A stretch of 15,663 nucleotides of DNA, from positions 1 to 15,663 of the forward strand of contig JAFCEL010000002.1 of NCBI GenBank assembly GCA_017609205.1, in the 5' to 3' direction. Under the pieces are notes generated by a model. It ran no database searches, was not told the origin of the DNA, and saw only the letters and a list, made by a program, of their open reading frames with translations. The stretch comes from Candidatus Saccharimonadota bacterium (GTDB lineage Archaea; Nanobdellota; Nanobdellia; Pacearchaeales; GW2011-AR1). The position numbers were made by a program, and so were the translations under genes. How positions within the stretch are numbered: the stretch's first letter is position 1; each line of letters begins with the position of its first letter. Positions 14,173 through 15,663 of this stretch are shown in pieces.

Positions 14173-14718
14173 TTAGTTTTTAGTCTCGTTGGTCTTTTCT
14201 TTTTCAGGTTCTTCTTTTTTTGGAGTTTCTTGCTTTTGTTCAGTAATTTGTGCTTTAGTTTGATTTTTATCAGAGGAAGCATTAGTTTGAGAATTTTCCT
14301 CTTGGCTTTTGTTTTGTTCAGGAAAAATCTCAGAGAGCTTTTTTGCACCTTCTTTTAAAACTTTAAGATTAATCTGAACAATTGCGTCAGAGATTGTGTT
14401 TCCTCTAACTGTTTTTCTAAGTCTTAGTCCTTTTGGTTTTTTACACAATGGTTTTTTCTTGCCTTCACGTCTTGGGCGTTTTCTCATTGCTTTACCATAG
14501 GTTAAAAGGACTCTTTTTAGGCCAACCCCTTCTATATCTTCCATTGCTGTAAATCCTGCCTTGTCACTTGCCCCTCTAATTTCAAATTCATAGCCTTCTA
14601 AATCAGGGGAAATCTCTTTGCCGTCAATTCTATCTCTGAGTTTTTTCCCTACTAAATTAGCTTCTGCTTCAATTTTGAATGTTTTTCCTTCTTTTGTTCC
14701 AATATTTATCTTGAACAT
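14173..14718 (-). CDS. rps6e: 30S ribosomal protein S6e with a low-complexity C-terminal extension
   Basis: 'MFKINIGTKEGKTFKIE', 'IRGASDKAGFTAM' and 'RKTVRGNTISDAIVQINLKV' match the S6e family. The S6e-aIF2gamma adjacency is a common archaeal arrangement. About 50 extra Q/E/K/T/N-rich residues lie at the C-terminus. Confidence 0.9.
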   Translation of the reverse strand: MFKINIGTKEGKTFKIEAEANLVGKKLRDRIDGKEISPDLEGYEFEIRGASDKAGFTAMEDIEGVGLKRVLLTYGKAMRKRPRREGKKKPLCKKPKGLRLRKTVRGNTISDAIVQINLKVLKEGAKKLSEIFPEQNKSQEENSQTNASSDKNQTKAQITEQKQETPKKEEPEKEKTNETKN

Positions 14719-14739
14719 GATAATTATTTGAAGAATGAG

Positions 14740-14746
14740 TTTAAAA
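14740..14746 (-). promoter_or_regulatory. TATA-box-like element (minus strand TTTTAAA) upstream of rps6e
   Basis: The minus strand reads 'ctcTTTTAAActcattcttcaaataattatcATG'. The box is 22-28 nt upstream of the ATG at 14718, with no SD. Confidence 0.35.
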
Positions 14747-14787
14747 GAGTTTTGATTTAGGTTTCTATTGTTTTGTATTAAGGTATA

Positions 14788-15432
14788 TTATTTTTTATTT
14801 ATTTTCCAAATTTTAATCGCCTCTATAACCTGCGAGATTGAAACACCCAAACCTTTTCTCCATAAACTAATGTAATTAAATAATTCATTTGTTTCTATGC
14901 TTCCGCTAGAATCAGTATCAGCTTCATGAATTGGCTGTTGAGGACAACTTCCACAATCCAGTTTGCAGTTTGAACAATTTTCTCCACTACTACAGATATT
15001 ATCTCCACAAATAGGATTTGTTGTTCCAGAAGATATATTAATTGGATAACCAACTTCATTGTAATTATTGTCTGCATCAAAAACGAATAGATAGGCTATT
15101 CCGCTGTCATTGAATTTTCCAAGATTCACTGTTACAGAAATAGAATTGTCTGACCATGCAAATGGAATCTGGGGTTCTATGATTGTTGCATTTGAATAAT
15201 TCTGGCTGTTTGCGAGCATTACTCTTGCGAATGTATCGTCTATATAAATATCGTCAAAATATCTGAAAGCATTGTTATTCTGATAGCCTGGATTAAAGTA
15301 GGCTAAGATATACCCGTCCCCATTCTCCCATTGGTTATCAGTTCCTCCTGACAAGCCATTGGCGCAAGTAATTGATGTTGCATTATTTGAAGTAGCAATA
15401 CATGTGCTGCTGTCAGATGTGTTTTTTATCAA
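14788..15432 (-). CDS. Surface protein C-terminal portion: beta-rich domain, Cys-knot 'CGDNICSSGENCSNCKLDCGSC', dockerin/EF-hand-like tail. Probably the 3' part of a disrupted larger gene.
   Basis: The track ORF starts at a TTG; the frame is open to 15456 and is preceded by an in-frame TAG at 15457-15459. 'IPFAWSDNSISVTVNLGKFNDSGIAYLFVFDADNNYNEVGYPINI' is followed by the six-Cys motif and 'DTDSSGSIETNELFNYISLWRKG', a Ca-binding-loop-like segment. Confidence 0.7.
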   Translation of the reverse strand: MIKNTSDSSTCIATSNNATSITCANGLSGGTDNQWENGDGYILAYFNPGYQNNNAFRYFDDIYIDDTFARVMLANSQNYSNATIIEPQIPFAWSDNSISVTVNLGKFNDSGIAYLFVFDADNNYNEVGYPINISSGTTNPICGDNICSSGENCSNCKLDCGSCPQQPIHEADTDSSGSIETNELFNYISLWRKGLGVSISQVIEAIKIWKINKK

Positions 15433-15459
15433 TGCACCAACCCAATAATCAATTGCCTA

Positions 15460-15663
15460 ATTTGCAGTGTAATTTACTAAGGTAGTTGAGGAAGTTTCTC
15501 CTTCATGGGTTCCATGCACTCGGGTTCTGCACCTGCGGTCTCATCTTCACCATCATCCCACATCAAAGGCCTTGCAGGATCTTTTATTCCAAAATCAGTT
15601 CCAGAAATTGTTAAATTATCTTTATGTACAACAGCCCCTGTAACAGAATTTATAGAAGGTGTT
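15460..15663 (-). pseudogene. Upstream fragments of the same surface-protein gene (frame-shifted and nonsense-interrupted), running off the right edge
   Basis: One minus frame is open from the window edge to a TAG at 15477-15479 and reads 'TPSINSVTGAVVHKDNLTISGTDFGIKDPARPLMWDDGEDETAGAEPE...'. The frame of the downstream ORF reads 'VHGTHEGETSSTTLVNYTAN*AIDYWVGALIKNTS'. Together they look like one protein broken by one frameshift (about 15500-15540) and one TAG. Confidence 0.45.

Noticed and set aside
14139-14358. ORFs 14139..14348 (-) and 14158..14358 (+) overlapping the 3' end of rps6e; also 14895..15080 (-)
   Set aside because: They arise from low-complexity DNA encoding the S6e tail, or from an alternative frame of the surface-protein gene. 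Their K- or F-rich repetitive translations are nested in better-supported ORFs.

Overview
AT-rich archaeal chromosomal window (about one-third GC by hand count in sampled stretches). Archaeal translation genes (aIF2-gamma, ribosomal protein S6e) sit beside a bacterial-type gyrase operon, genes are tightly packed, and adhesin-like surface proteins are abundant. I read this as a small-genome DPANN-like archaeon, which is inference only.

Layout: 1-10493 is all + strand and 10529-15663 is all - strand, converging at 10494-10528.

+ strand: a tail-fibre-like fibrous surface protein that enters from the left edge and is broken by a frame disruption (1..963 and 981..1412). Then a tightly spaced run: a small bitopic membrane protein, two paralogous membrane-anchored beta-sandwich surface proteins (the second with a basic coiled-coil cytoplasmic tail), and a 480-aa K/E-rich coiled-coil protein with perfect internal DNA repeats. 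Then gyrB, a small zinc-ribbon ORF, and gyrA.

- strand: a hypothetical 216-aa protein, an orphan Cas4/AddB-type PD-(D/E)XK Fe-S nuclease, a secreted Cys-motif protein, aIF2-gamma (no zinc-knuckle cysteines), S6e (long low-complexity C-terminal tail), and a disrupted surface-protein gene with a Cys-knot plus dockerin/EF-hand-like C-terminus.

No rRNA, tRNA, CRISPR array or transposase is visible.

Best candidates for something undescribed: (a) the fibre / anchor / coiled-coil surface cluster at 1-5743, and (b) the zinc-ribbon gene embedded in the gyrase operon.
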